Position numbers and translations under genes: made by a program. From Chitinophagaceae bacterium (GTDB taxonomy: Bacteria; Bacteroidota; Bacteroidia; Chitinophagales; Chitinophagaceae): DNA of 64,000 bases. The notes under the pieces are model-generated. The model had not been told where the DNA came from and made no database searches. It saw only the letters and a list, made by a program, of their open reading frames with translations. The stretch lies in contig JANPZZ010000010.1 of the NCBI GenBank assembly GCA_024707305.1, forward strand, positions 45,531 through 109,530, written 5' to 3'. Below are positions 39,311 through 48,239 of this stretch, piece after piece. Numbering within the stretch: the stretch's first letter is position 1; the number at the start of each line of letters is the position of its first letter.

Positions 39311-39954
39311 CATCTCACATCAATCCCCAGCTTCGCCACCACATCATCCCAGGCCAGCACTAAATTCGCGCCATTTTCACTATTCTCAAAAGTGATAGTG
39401 AAAAATTCCAGCCGTGGATTTTCGCGCGTTACAGGAACCACTACTCTTTGCACATCGGCCGTTGTATCCTGTTGCAATCCCCAGGTATCTGTATTACTGT
39501 TGATTACAATCGTCCATTCATTTTCCTGGGGAATACAGTAAAGAATATAACGGCCCTGCTTCAGGCTCTTACCGTCAATCTTAACATCGCGGAAGAATTC
39601 AATCTCGGTTGATTCATTCGCGCCAAGTCGCCAGGGAACTCCATAAGCCAAAATTTCAGAGAAATTTCGGCGTGACAGATGCGGTCTGCTATACACAACC
39701 CGTATTAGCGGACGCGCAACCAGTTTACCATTGGCCATCTTCAACTTGGGATAGTCCAAAGGAAAATAAACCATGTCCATGGGCGACCGGTCAGGACTGG
39801 TATAATAAGGGTTGTTGGCTACAACATCAACTGTATCGTTCTGCTCCAGCTTTGCAGTATCTTCTGGCGGCGGCTTCGGCGGCTCAGCTGAATTGTTGCA
39901 GGAGAACAATACAATTCCGAGAAAACAGGTTCCAATCAGTTTTACTTTGTTCAT
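39310..39954 (-). CDS. DUF2911 domain-containing protein
   Basis: 214-aa ORF with a signal/lipoprotein N-terminus and family-typical motifs (RVVYSRPHLSRRNFSEILAYGVPWRLGANESTEIEF .. GRYILYCIP .. WTIVINS). Confidence 0.7.
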   Translation of the reverse strand: MNKVKLIGTCFLGIVLFSCNNSAEPPKPPPEDTAKLEQNDTVDVVANNPYYTSPDRSPMDMVYFPLDYPKLKMANGKLVARPLIRVVYSRPHLSRRNFSEILAYGVPWRLGANESTEIEFFRDVKIDGKSLKQGRYILYCIPQENEWTIVINSNTDTWGLQQDTTADVQRVVVPVTRENPRLEFFTITFENSENGANLVLAWDDVVAKLGIDVR

Positions 39955-39967
39955 ATATTATTTTTAA

Positions 39968-40531
39968 TCAGGGAATAAACGGTACCGCAATACGCGTCGT
40001 TTCCCAGGCGATAACAAGATTTGCAGCCGATGCTGATTTTTCAAATGTCATACACAACAACTCAACCGGTGTTTCCATTATTTCTACAGGAACTTCCACA
40101 CGCAGTGCGTCTTTTGCAGCATTATAAATAAATGAGCCCCAAACATCCGTTTCTTTATTGAATATGATTGTCCAGGTCTTTTCGTTTACAATTGCAAAGA
40201 GGGTATAACGGCCTTTTGCCAGTTTCTTTCCACCAATCGTTACCGGCTTAAAAAATTCAATCTCGGTAGCCTCATTTGCACCCAGCCGCCAGAGTTTTCC
40301 ATATTCAACGAGGTGGCCAAACACGGGTCGTCCTTCTTTTTTAGGGCGACTATAAATAACCCGGGCAACGGGCTGTTCTTTTGTCTGGCCCTGAATTTTA
40401 AGCATCGGGTAGTTTACAGGGTAATAGCTGACATCAAGCGGTGATTTATCAGCTTCCGGAAGTATTGTTTGTGCAAAGCCGTTTAAAAAAGCGAATAACA
40501 GGAACGTTAGAATTACGGATTTCTTCATCAT
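39968..40531 (-). CDS. DUF2911 domain-containing protein (tandem paralogue)
   Basis: 187-aa ORF with a signal peptide and the same motifs (RVIYSRPKKEGRPVFGHLVEYGKLWRLGANEATEIEF .. GRYTLFAIV .. WTIIFNK). Confidence 0.7.
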   Translation of the reverse strand: MMKKSVILTFLLFAFLNGFAQTILPEADKSPLDVSYYPVNYPMLKIQGQTKEQPVARVIYSRPKKEGRPVFGHLVEYGKLWRLGANEATEIEFFKPVTIGGKKLAKGRYTLFAIVNEKTWTIIFNKETDVWGSFIYNAAKDALRVEVPVEIMETPVELLCMTFEKSASAANLVIAWETTRIAVPFIP

Positions 40532-40575
40532 GATTTGTTTTTCGGGCGATGTGCAAAAGTATAGAACTCTGCGCT

Positions 40576-40650
40576 CTGCACACGGAGTTTTCGAACATAA
40601 GTTACGGAGTTGTCAGTTATGCAACCTCCGTGTGACTCCTCCGTTTGCAG
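40576..40650. repeat. short hairpin element with CACGGAG / CTCCGTG units
   Basis: Read directly: ctgcacacggagttttcgaacataagttacggagttgtcagttatgcaacctccgtgtgactcctccgtttgcag. The outer 12 nt are near-perfect inverted repeats. Confidence 0.7.
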
Positions 40651-40684
40651 GATGTTAAATCCGCAACAGGTATTCTTCCCGATT

Positions 40685-41269
40685 TTATAAACTCTCTAAC
40701 AGTTCCTTTGCAAAAGGCTTTACATCGGCCCAGAATTCCCGGTAGAAACTTTTCAATTCATCATAGTGCTGTTCCAAAACCGCCACTGCGGCGCTACTAT
40801 CGCTGAGATAGGTGGCGCGGTGCACCAAACCACCCAGACTTCGATGTGCCCCCTCGCGTTGTCTGTATCCATATAACCAGTTATGCGATTTCATATAAGG
40901 AAACATGGCCGCGAATTTTGCCGGCAACCATTGTTGGTTCGCATCCAGTGTTCCATATACTTTCTGCGAAAACTTTTTTAATAACTCGTCGCTAAACTCC
41001 GCTTCATCTGCTGCCAAAAAATGATCGTAAACCACATCCATTATCGCTCCGGCATAAAGTCGGTAAGCGGGTCTGAATAATTGCTTTCCCTCTACGGTGG
41101 CTTTATGCGTATCCGTAAATTCATCAATACAACGATGGAGGTAGATACCCTGTTGAATTCGCGATGGATAATCCAATTTTTTCCGCCCTTTCACAAAATC
41201 ACTGATCATATTGCCCACTAAAATCCCGGGATCGTTAAAGGAGAGATATGCGTGGGCGAGAAAATTCAT
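40685..41269 (-). CDS. acpH: acyl carrier protein phosphodiesterase
   Basis: The start is taken at MNFLAHAYLSF, the canonical AcpH N-terminus. The motif DFVKG is present. Product length is 194 aa. Confidence 0.75.
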   Translation of the reverse strand: MNFLAHAYLSFNDPGILVGNMISDFVKGRKKLDYPSRIQQGIYLHRCIDEFTDTHKATVEGKQLFRPAYRLYAGAIMDVVYDHFLAADEAEFSDELLKKFSQKVYGTLDANQQWLPAKFAAMFPYMKSHNWLYGYRQREGAHRSLGGLVHRATYLSDSSAAVAVLEQHYDELKSFYREFWADVKPFAKELLESL

Positions 41270-41383
41270 GTGTTGTGGACAGTGTTTAATGATGGTGCCG
41301 GACCCGTTATTTAACAAACGAAATCCGGCACACACAAGTTACACCATTTATTATTTAGCATCGGGGAGTTGAATTACTCGAGT

Positions 41384-42064
41384 CTAAACCCCGGAGGCAT
41401 CAATGCCTGTATTGTTTTTATTTTTTGCAAAATGGCGGTAAGAATAAATCACCGGAATTAAGATTGAGATAAATACAATGATCAAAAATGCGACAGGCAC
41501 CCTGTTATCAGGCATAATGAAAGCCAGTAGTATGATTAACAAACCGCTGGCAAACCAGATTTTGCCCGCGAGTCGATGGGTTAAGCGCCAGTTTTCTTCA
41601 TTATTTAATGTCCAGGGCAGGCGGATACCGGCAAAGTAGTTCGGTTTAAGATTGTACATATAGTTACCGAGCACACACCAGAAAGCACCCACAGCAGCGA
41701 TCAGCCATTTCGCCTGGAAATTGAGTTGCTGAGCGCCGGCGTTTTCAACAATTACAAACCCAACTACCGACAGCAGTAATACAGTGGCCACGGTAATTCC
41801 CTTGAGGCGGCTCTTGTTATCGGAAGCTGTTTTACGGGGATCGATCTTATATATACGTGGCAGGAAAAAGAAGGCCAACAGGTTGACGCCCGTTAAAATC
41901 AGCACGATTGTGAGCAGTTCAGATCGTGGTCCGAATCGGTCGGCCTGGCCATCCAGGCCATAATGTACCGGTACCGTTTCAGGAATTTCGGCCCACTTCT
42001 TCCATAAATAAGCTGCCGGGGCCAGGATGATCGGCAGGACAAAGAGGGAAATCCATTTTTTCAT
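41384..42064 (-). CDS. SdpI/YhfL-type membrane protein (DUF1648 + SdpI domain)
   Basis: 226-aa polytopic ORF (IPETVPVHYGLDGQADRFG .. NYFAGIRLPWTLNNEENWRLTHR). It lies 4 nt downstream of an ArsR-type regulator. Confidence 0.65.
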   Translation of the reverse strand: MKKWISLFVLPIILAPAAYLWKKWAEIPETVPVHYGLDGQADRFGPRSELLTIVLILTGVNLLAFFFLPRIYKIDPRKTASDNKSRLKGITVATVLLLSVVGFVIVENAGAQQLNFQAKWLIAAVGAFWCVLGNYMYNLKPNYFAGIRLPWTLNNEENWRLTHRLAGKIWFASGLLIILLAFIMPDNRVPVAFLIIVFISILIPVIYSYRHFAKNKNNTGIDASGV

Positions 42065-42068
42065 ACGC

Positions 42069-42332
42069 CTATTTTTTTCCGGTTTTAAATTGCATCACCC
42101 ACTTCAAAATCTCGTCTACTACGGTGGTATTCAATGAATAAAAAATATACTGACCTTCTTTTTCGGCGTTCACCAGCTGCGCCTGCTTCAGTAAATCGAG
42201 GTGATGTGAAATGCTGGGCCACGACATGTTAAAACGCTGTGCAATCTCGCCGGCCGTCATATCACGCTCCTGCAACATCTCCAGGATTTCACGCCTGGTT
42301 GGGTCATTCAACGCCTTAAAAATACTGTTCAT
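42069..42332 (-). CDS. ArsR/SmtB family (SdpR-like autorepressor) transcriptional regulator
   Basis: 87-aa ORF (ALNDPTRREILEMLQERDMTAGEIAQRFNMSWPSISHHLDLLKQAQLV). Confidence 0.8.
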   Translation of the reverse strand: MNSIFKALNDPTRREILEMLQERDMTAGEIAQRFNMSWPSISHHLDLLKQAQLVNAEKEGQYIFYSLNTTVVDEILKWVMQFKTGKK

Positions 42333-42355
42333 GTTACAATTGATCCGTTAAACAT

Positions 42356-42371
42356 TTAGACAAATATCTAA
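42356..42371. promoter_or_regulatory. TTAGA-N6-TCTAA palindrome, candidate ArsR/SdpR operator
   Basis: ttagacaaatatctaa lies 24 nt upstream of the regulator start codon (42332). Confidence 0.3.
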
Positions 42372-42390
42372 TTAATTTTTGAAAAAACAA

Positions 42391-42477
42391 ATGTCCGCAT
42401 GTATTAATTGTGGTACGCACGTGTACGAATGGTTGAAAAACGGGGATGAACGGGTGTTAGTGAAATGCGGCTGTTAA
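42391..42477 (+). CDS. possible 28-aa Cys-rich micro-protein (CxxC ... CxC)
   Basis: My own translation is MSACINCGTHVYEWLKNGDERVLVKCGC. The stop codon overlaps a perfect 9-bp hairpin (ggctgttaa / ttaacagcc, 42469-42492). There is no homology evidence. Confidence 0.2.
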   Translation: MSACINCGTHVYEWLKNGDERVLVKCGC

Positions 42478-42609
42478 GGGTGTTTAACAGCCATATCCAT
42501 TAATCCCTTTTGGCTTGTGAAGGGGTGTAACACGAAATACTTTTGTGTCGTCATACTTACCAAATGACAAGTTTTAAACAACAACGCTTAATCATTAAAT
42601 AATTAGAAA

Positions 42610-43047
42610 ATGAAAAAGATTATCCTGACACTGGCCATTGCGATCATGAGTATTGCCGCCTTTGCAAATGAGAAAAATGTAAACGCAACTGTATTGAAAT
42701 CTTTCAACAAAGAATTTGCAGGTGCTGAAAATGTAAGCTGGACAACTGGCAAATCAAGCTACAAAGCTTCATTTATGTTGAATCGTCAGCATGTAACTGC
42801 CTATTACAACTTTGAAGGCGAGTTGATGGGCCTCACACGCAATATCAGCTCACTGGATCTGCCTATGTCGTTGCAGACAAACCTGAAAAAGAATTATGAT
42901 GAGTACTGGATTTCTGACCTGTTTGAGGTAAGCAATGCAGAAGGAACCAACTATTACATCACACTTGAAAATGCGGATGAAACCCTGGTGCTGGAGGCTG
43001 TAGGTTCTGCAAAATGGACTACTTACAAACGCATCAGCAAGATCTGA
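42610..43047 (+). CDS. small secreted protein, PepSY-like/BLIP-like (tentative), paralogue 2
   Basis: 145-aa ORF with a signal peptide and the motif VLKSFNKEFAGAENVSWTTGKSSYKASF. Confidence 0.5.
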   Translation: MKKIILTLAIAIMSIAAFANEKNVNATVLKSFNKEFAGAENVSWTTGKSSYKASFMLNRQHVTAYYNFEGELMGLTRNISSLDLPMSLQTNLKKNYDEYWISDLFEVSNAEGTNYYITLENADETLVLEAVGSAKWTTYKRISKI

Positions 43048-43222
43048 TTCCGTTGTCTTTCACAACAACCCTTTTACAAGTATAGCCTATAATAGCAGTT
43101 AGTTTTGGTGTGTGGTAAACGAGCCCCGTCCTTCTGATGGAGGCGGGGCTTTTCTTCCGGTTTACTCGCCGCTATCTGTTCAACTCTTTAACAACCATTA
43201 TCAAAGTTTTAAAAGTAAAGCC

Positions 43223-43660
43223 ATGAAAAAAATAACTATTCTATTACCCGTATTACTCGCAGCGGTGCTGATGAGTTTTACAACTCCTGGTGAAAATGAT
43301 CTCGCTCGCCAGAATTTCAGCCGCCAGTTTGCCGGTGCGGAACATGTGAAATGGACTACGCTGGACAATGACTTCCAAAAAGCCAGTTTCGTTTGGGGCG
43401 GCAGCCGCACTGAAGCTTATTTCACAACAAAAGGTGAGTTTGTAGGTGCTATCCGCGGCCTGCTGTTTCAACAACTTCCGCTGGTAGTTGCACGTATGGT
43501 GGATCAAAAATTCCAGAACCGTGTAATTCTCGAAGTACGTGAAGTAACCAATGCCGAAGGCACATCTTACTCTATCCTGATGGACTGGAAAAACAAACGC
43601 TACCGTGCCCGCCTCCAGGCCGATGGTGCTGTAATTGAGAATGAGGTGGTGAGGAAGTAG
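43223..43660 (+). CDS. small secreted protein, PepSY-like/BLIP-like (tentative), paralogue 3
   Basis: The start is taken at MKKITILLPVLLAAVLMSF within ORF 43112..43660. The motif is ARQNFSRQFAGAEHVKWTTLDNDFQKASF. Confidence 0.5.
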   Translation: MKKITILLPVLLAAVLMSFTTPGENDLARQNFSRQFAGAEHVKWTTLDNDFQKASFVWGGSRTEAYFTTKGEFVGAIRGLLFQQLPLVVARMVDQKFQNRVILEVREVTNAEGTSYSILMDWKNKRYRARLQADGAVIENEVVRK

Positions 43661-43663
43661 GAA

Positions 43664-43830
43664 TTCGATGACCGATGTCCGATGACCGATGATCGATGAA
43701 GTCTGACAATGCAGGATACCCACCTGAATGCGGGATCGGTATACTTACAGTCTAAACCTACATCGACCATCGGTCATCGGTCATCGGTCATCGACCATCG
43801 GTCATCGGTCATCGGTCATCGATCATCTAT
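43664..43830. repeat. hairpin element: CGATGAC-type arm (43664-43700), 60-nt centre (43701-43760), GTCATCG-type arm (43761-43830)
   Basis: Read directly: ttcgatgaccgatgtccgatgaccgatgatcgatgaa ... catcgaccatcggtcatcggtcatcggtcatcgaccatcggtcatcggtcatcggtcatcgatcatc. Confidence 0.85.
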
Positions 43831-43850
43831 CTTTTCCTTACTTTTGCTCC

Positions 43851-44825
43851 ATGAAAAAAGGACCTGTTTCCCAATTTATTGAGCACCACTATCGCCACTT
43901 TAATGCGGCTGCTCTGGTGGATGCAGCCAAAGGCTACGAGCAACATATTTTAGATGGTGGTAAGATGATGATTACCCTGGCTGGCGCCATGAGTACCGGC
44001 GAACTGGGCATCTCACTTGCCGAAATGATTCGCCAGGGCAAGGTGGACATCATCAGCTGCACAGGCGCCAACCTGGAAGAAGATGTGATGAACCTGGTAG
44101 CGCACTCGCACTACAAACGTATTCCCAACTATCGCGACCTTACACCGCAGGAAGAATGGGACCTGCTCGAAAATCACTACAATCGCGTAACAGATACCTG
44201 CATTCCCGAAGAAGAGGCTTTCCGCCGCCTGCAGAAGCACCTGGTAAAACAGTGGAAAGATGCAGAAGCAAAAGGTGAACGTTATTTCCCCCACGAGTTT
44301 TTATATAAAACAGTTCTCAGCGGTGAGCTGGAACAATACTATGAGATCGATCCAAAAGACTCATGGATTGTAGCTGCTGCTGAAAAGAATATTCCAATCG
44401 TTGTTCCGGGATGGGAAGACAGCACAACCGGCAACATCTTCGCCAGTTATGTGATCAAAGGAGAACTGAAAGCAAGCACTGTTAAAAACGGAATTGAATA
44501 CATGGTTTGGCTGAGCGAATGGTATCGCGCCAATTCTTCAGGCAAAGGTGTTGGATTCTTCCAGATCGGTGGTGGCATCGCTGGTGATTTCCCGATTTGT
44601 GTGGTTCCTATGATGTACCAGGATCTCGAGTGGCATGATGTTCCGTTCTGGAGCTATTTCTGCCAGATCAGCGATTCAACTACCTCTTATGGTTCTTATT
44701 CAGGTGCTGTTCCTAACGAAAAAATCACCTGGGGTAAACTCGATATCAATACGCCTAAGTTCATCGTAGAAAGTGACGCCACAATTGTTGCGCCGCTGAT
44801 GTTTGCGTGGATTCTGGGCTGGTAA
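43851..44825 (+). CDS. deoxyhypusine synthase family protein (bacterial homologue)
   Basis: The start is taken at MKKGPVSQFIEHHYRHFNAAALVDAAKGY; the upstream 41 codons are repeat translation. DHS-like motifs are present (ITLAGAMSTGELG .. ISCTGANLEEDV .. GGGIAGDFP). Confidence 0.7.
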   Translation: MKKGPVSQFIEHHYRHFNAAALVDAAKGYEQHILDGGKMMITLAGAMSTGELGISLAEMIRQGKVDIISCTGANLEEDVMNLVAHSHYKRIPNYRDLTPQEEWDLLENHYNRVTDTCIPEEEAFRRLQKHLVKQWKDAEAKGERYFPHEFLYKTVLSGELEQYYEIDPKDSWIVAAAEKNIPIVVPGWEDSTTGNIFASYVIKGELKASTVKNGIEYMVWLSEWYRANSSGKGVGFFQIGGGIAGDFPICVVPMMYQDLEWHDVPFWSYFCQISDSTTSYGSYSGAVPNEKITWGKLDINTPKFIVESDATIVAPLMFAWILGW

Positions 44826-44921
44826 GATTGGTAATAATTTACTTTCCATATTATAAGAAGAGGGGCTATCAGATTGATAGCCCCTCTTCTATATAAGTTG
44901 TGCTTTGATATCAGCTCAGCA

Positions 44922-46459
44922 TTATCTGCCGGGCATATCCAGCTTGCGATCTCTCTTCAGCATTTCATCGCGATTCGCCATTTCAAGCGCAGTGTGATAA
45001 ATCAGCTTGGCTCTTTTCGCCATCAAAGGATAGTTGATTTTATCAGGAGTATCCGTTGGGCGGTGATAATCGGCATGTACACCATTGAAATAGAAAATAA
45101 CGGGAACACCTTTTTCAGCAAAGTTGTAATGGTCGCTACGATAGTAAAAACGATTCTTATCGTTAGGATCATTGTATTTACGATCAAGTTTCAGTTTAGT
45201 GTACTGGTTATTTACCTTGTTTGTAATAGGCTCCAGGTCTGAACTCAACTTGTCGTCGCCAATAATGTAAACATAGTTGGCAGAATCTTTCGCGTTATTC
45301 TGGTATTCTTCACCTACACGTCCCACCATGTCAATATTCAGGTCTACTGTTGTTTTTTCAAGTGGGAAGATCGGGTTGTTGGCATAGTAAGCAGATCCCC
45401 AAAGGCCTTTTTCTTCACCGGCAACCGTCATGAAGATGATTGAACGGCGTGGACCTTTTCCTGCTTTTTTAGCGAGTGAAAATGCTTCAGCCAATTCAAG
45501 CACGGTGGTAGTACCGCTACCATCGTCATCAGCACCATAATAGATAACGCCATCGCGTTTTCCTTCGTGGTCGTAGTGTGCAGTGATGATTACATATTCA
45601 TCTTTCTTGTCGGTTCCTTCCAGTACACCCAATACGTTAGATGTGTATTCAATGCTGGTTTTTTTCGCGAAACCAAGATCAATATTAGCTTTGTAAACTT
45701 TTGAAGCCAGTGGTGCAGTTTTCATTTTGTTAATGATGTCTTTACCATCAGCCCCCATGATGCTGGCAGCAACACCTTCAGACACAAAATAAGTTTGTGG
45801 CATGATAGAAGGAGTATAACCAGTCAACGTATAATTGCTGTTTGCAATAAATGTTTTGCGGGGGAAGTTTCCGTAAACAATTAATACGGCAGCAGCACCT
45901 TTAGCTTGTGCGTTGCGCATTTTTCCAAAAATATTGGAAGCTGCAGTCCAACCTGTCTGAGAAGGTTTAAACCCTGCAGGTGCACCATCAAGAATCAGTA
46001 CCACGCGTCCTTTTACATCGAGGTCGCGGTAGTCATCTGTTGCACCATCTACGATACCATATCCTGCAAATACAACTTCTGAAAAACGGAAGTCGGCAGT
46101 GTGGTTCATATTTGCGTTGGGCTGGAAGTCCTGTGTGAGTTCAAATGCAGTACCATTTACTTTCAGTGAAGTGCTGGTAACGGAATCACGATAAAGTGGG
46201 AATTGCTGGCGGTAGCTGCCATTGTTTCCGGGTGTAAGGCCAACGGCTTTAAAGTGGTTCTCAATGTAATCAGCCGCCCTTTCAAGACCGGGAGAAGGTG
46301 TATTACGACCTTCCATTTCGGGGCCTGCAATAATAAAGAGGTGCTTTTTCATGTCCTCAGCCGTAATTGTATTGGCAAACCAGGCCGGGGTGTTCTTTTT
46401 TGTGCGGAGGCCACCAGGCAGAAGCCCAGCGCAACCGGCAGCAAAAACTTTCTCATCAT
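44922..46459 (-). pseudogene. M28 family aminopeptidase with PA domain, one frameshift at T6 run 46396-46401
   Basis: ORF 44922..46352 carries M28 metal-ligand regions (ITAHYDHEG .. GADDDGSGTT .. GEEKGLWGS .. DYHRPTD). The upstream frame gives the signal peptide MMRKFLLPVALGFCLVASAQ. Confidence 0.8.
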
Positions 46460-46588
46460 TGTTATTTATTTTAGTAAAAGAAATTTCCCAAACTTAACTG
46501 AAAAACTGCGAGAAAAGCGGAAGAAATGATGAAAGGCGGGTCGTCTGGGCAAATATTACACGCCAAAACGGGCGTCACGAGGGGATCA

Positions 46589-47044
46589 TTAGCCGCAGGC
46601 GATCTTATTCACCCGGTTTGCATGCCTTCCACCCTCAAATTCAGTAGTAATAAAGGTTGAAACCATCTTTTCAGCATCGCCTTCGCGTACAAAGCGGGCG
46701 GGAATGCAGATGATATTCGCGTCGTTATGCTGCCTTACCAGCTTGGCAATTTCATCGCCCCAGCAAATAGCCGCACGAATCCCCTGGTGTTTATTGGCAG
46801 TAATCGCCACACCATTCGCGGTACCGCACAACAGGATGCCAAAAGCATAGTTGCCACTTTCCACCGCATTGGCCACCGGATGTGCGAAATCGGGATAGTC
46901 GACAGAATCTTTGCTGTGCGTCCCAAAATCCTCAAACGGAAGGCCCTTTCCTTCAAGAAAAGAAATCAGCTCTTCTTTATAATCAAACCCTGCGTGATCG
47001 CTACCAATCGCGATCGGTTTACTCAAATCAAATGGAGATGTCAT
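46589..47044 (-). CDS. rpiB: ribose 5-phosphate isomerase B
   Basis: 151-aa ORF (IAIGSDHAGFDYKEEL .. GILLCGTANGVAITANKHQGIRAA .. GGRHANRV). Confidence 0.88.
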   Translation of the reverse strand: MTSPFDLSKPIAIGSDHAGFDYKEELISFLEGKGLPFEDFGTHSKDSVDYPDFAHPVANAVESGNYAFGILLCGTANGVAITANKHQGIRAAICWGDEIAKLVRQHNDANIICIPARFVREGDAEKMVSTFITTEFEGGRHANRVNKIACG

Positions 47045-47080
47045 AGCGGAAGATTGAACTGTGAAGTTACACTATAAAAC

Positions 47081-47302
47081 AAATGTGGAAATGTGAAAAT
47101 GGGGAAATGTGGAAATGAGAAAATGAGAAAATGAGGAAATGTGACAATGTGGCAATATGTAAATATGTAAATGAGAAAATTTGGGGTTAAATAATTTCGG
47201 AAAATATAGAACACGGTTTCAATTTTCTTCATTGCCACATTGACACATCGTCATATTAGCACATTTCCCCATTTCCACATTTACCTCATTTCCACATTTC
47301 CA
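47081..47302. repeat. hairpin element: GGAAATG-type arm (47081-47180), 50-nt centre, CATTTCC-type arm (47231-47302)
   Basis: Read directly: aaatgtggaaatgtgaaaatggggaaatgtggaaatgagaaaatgagaaaatgaggaaatgtgacaatgtggcaat ... attgccacattgacac...cacatttccccatttccacatttacctcatttccacatttcc. It uses the same oligomer family as 324-510. Confidence 0.85.
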
Positions 47303-48159
47303 TCTAGCTCCATTCTTTCATCTGCAACTCCTGTCTTTTTGTTGATGCGCGTTGCGAGAATGATACTGGCTTCAAATAAAACATAAAGAGGAATGGTCAC
47401 AATCACCAAACTAAAAGGATCCGTAGTAGGTGTAATGATCGCCGCCATGATGATGATCACTACAAATGCGTGACGGCGGTATTTGCGAAGGAAACGGCCG
47501 GTGACGATGCCAATTTTTGCAAGTATCATCACCAGTAATGGCATTTGGAAAAGAACCCCAATGCCTACCGTTGTATAAATCAGGTTTTCGAGATAATCAC
47601 CGAATGTTGGTTTGATTTCAATCAGCGGGCTCAGCGAATATGAGAAGTAAAAGTTTACCATAAACGGCGTCAAAACAAAATATCCAAAGAATACGCCGAT
47701 AAAAAATAACAATGAAACCCAGAATATAACACCTGTGGTTCCCTTTCTTTCTTTTTCAGATAAAGCAGGTTTTACAAAACGCCAGAATTCCCAGATGATA
47801 TAAGGGAAGGCAACAATAAAACCACCCACAAATGCAATCGTAAATGATGAAATGAACTGTCCGGTAAGTTGTGTACTTAAGAAACTCACCTGTACGCCCT
47901 GCATACAAAGTCCGTCGCCCATACCGAGCTTTCTCCCTAACTGGCAAAACCAGTGATAGGTAATAAAATTATCCTGTGCAGGTGCGAGAATTACCTGGTG
48001 AACAATTTCACGTACATACATGAAAACAACAATCGCGCCGACGCCAATCGCGATCACTGAACGGATCAAATGCCATCTCAATTCCTCAAGATGGTCTATA
48101 AACGACATCTCTTCCGTACCCTGTTTCTTCCTTCGGTTAATAAAATTTAAAAATCCCAT
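47281..48159 (-). CDS. tatC: twin-arginine translocase subunit TatC
   Basis: 292-aa polytopic ORF containing MSFIDHLEELRWHLIRS (an alternative start at 48108 is possible). The last codons and the stop lie inside the repeat arm. Confidence 0.88.
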   Translation of the reverse strand: MGFLNFINRRKKQGTEEMSFIDHLEELRWHLIRSVIAIGVGAIVVFMYVREIVHQVILAPAQDNFITYHWFCQLGRKLGMGDGLCMQGVQVSFLSTQLTGQFISSFTIAFVGGFIVAFPYIIWEFWRFVKPALSEKERKGTTGVIFWVSLLFFIGVFFGYFVLTPFMVNFYFSYSLSPLIEIKPTFGDYLENLIYTTVGIGVLFQMPLLVMILAKIGIVTGRFLRKYRRHAFVVIIIMAAIITPTTDPFSLVIVTIPLYVLFEASIILATRINKKTGVADERMELDGNVEMR

Positions 48160-48239
48160 TGCTGTTTCAAAATGCGGGCAAAAATACGAAAGGAGTTTTA
48201 AGTGGGAGGACTTATTACTGGTTCCTTATTTCTGGTAGC

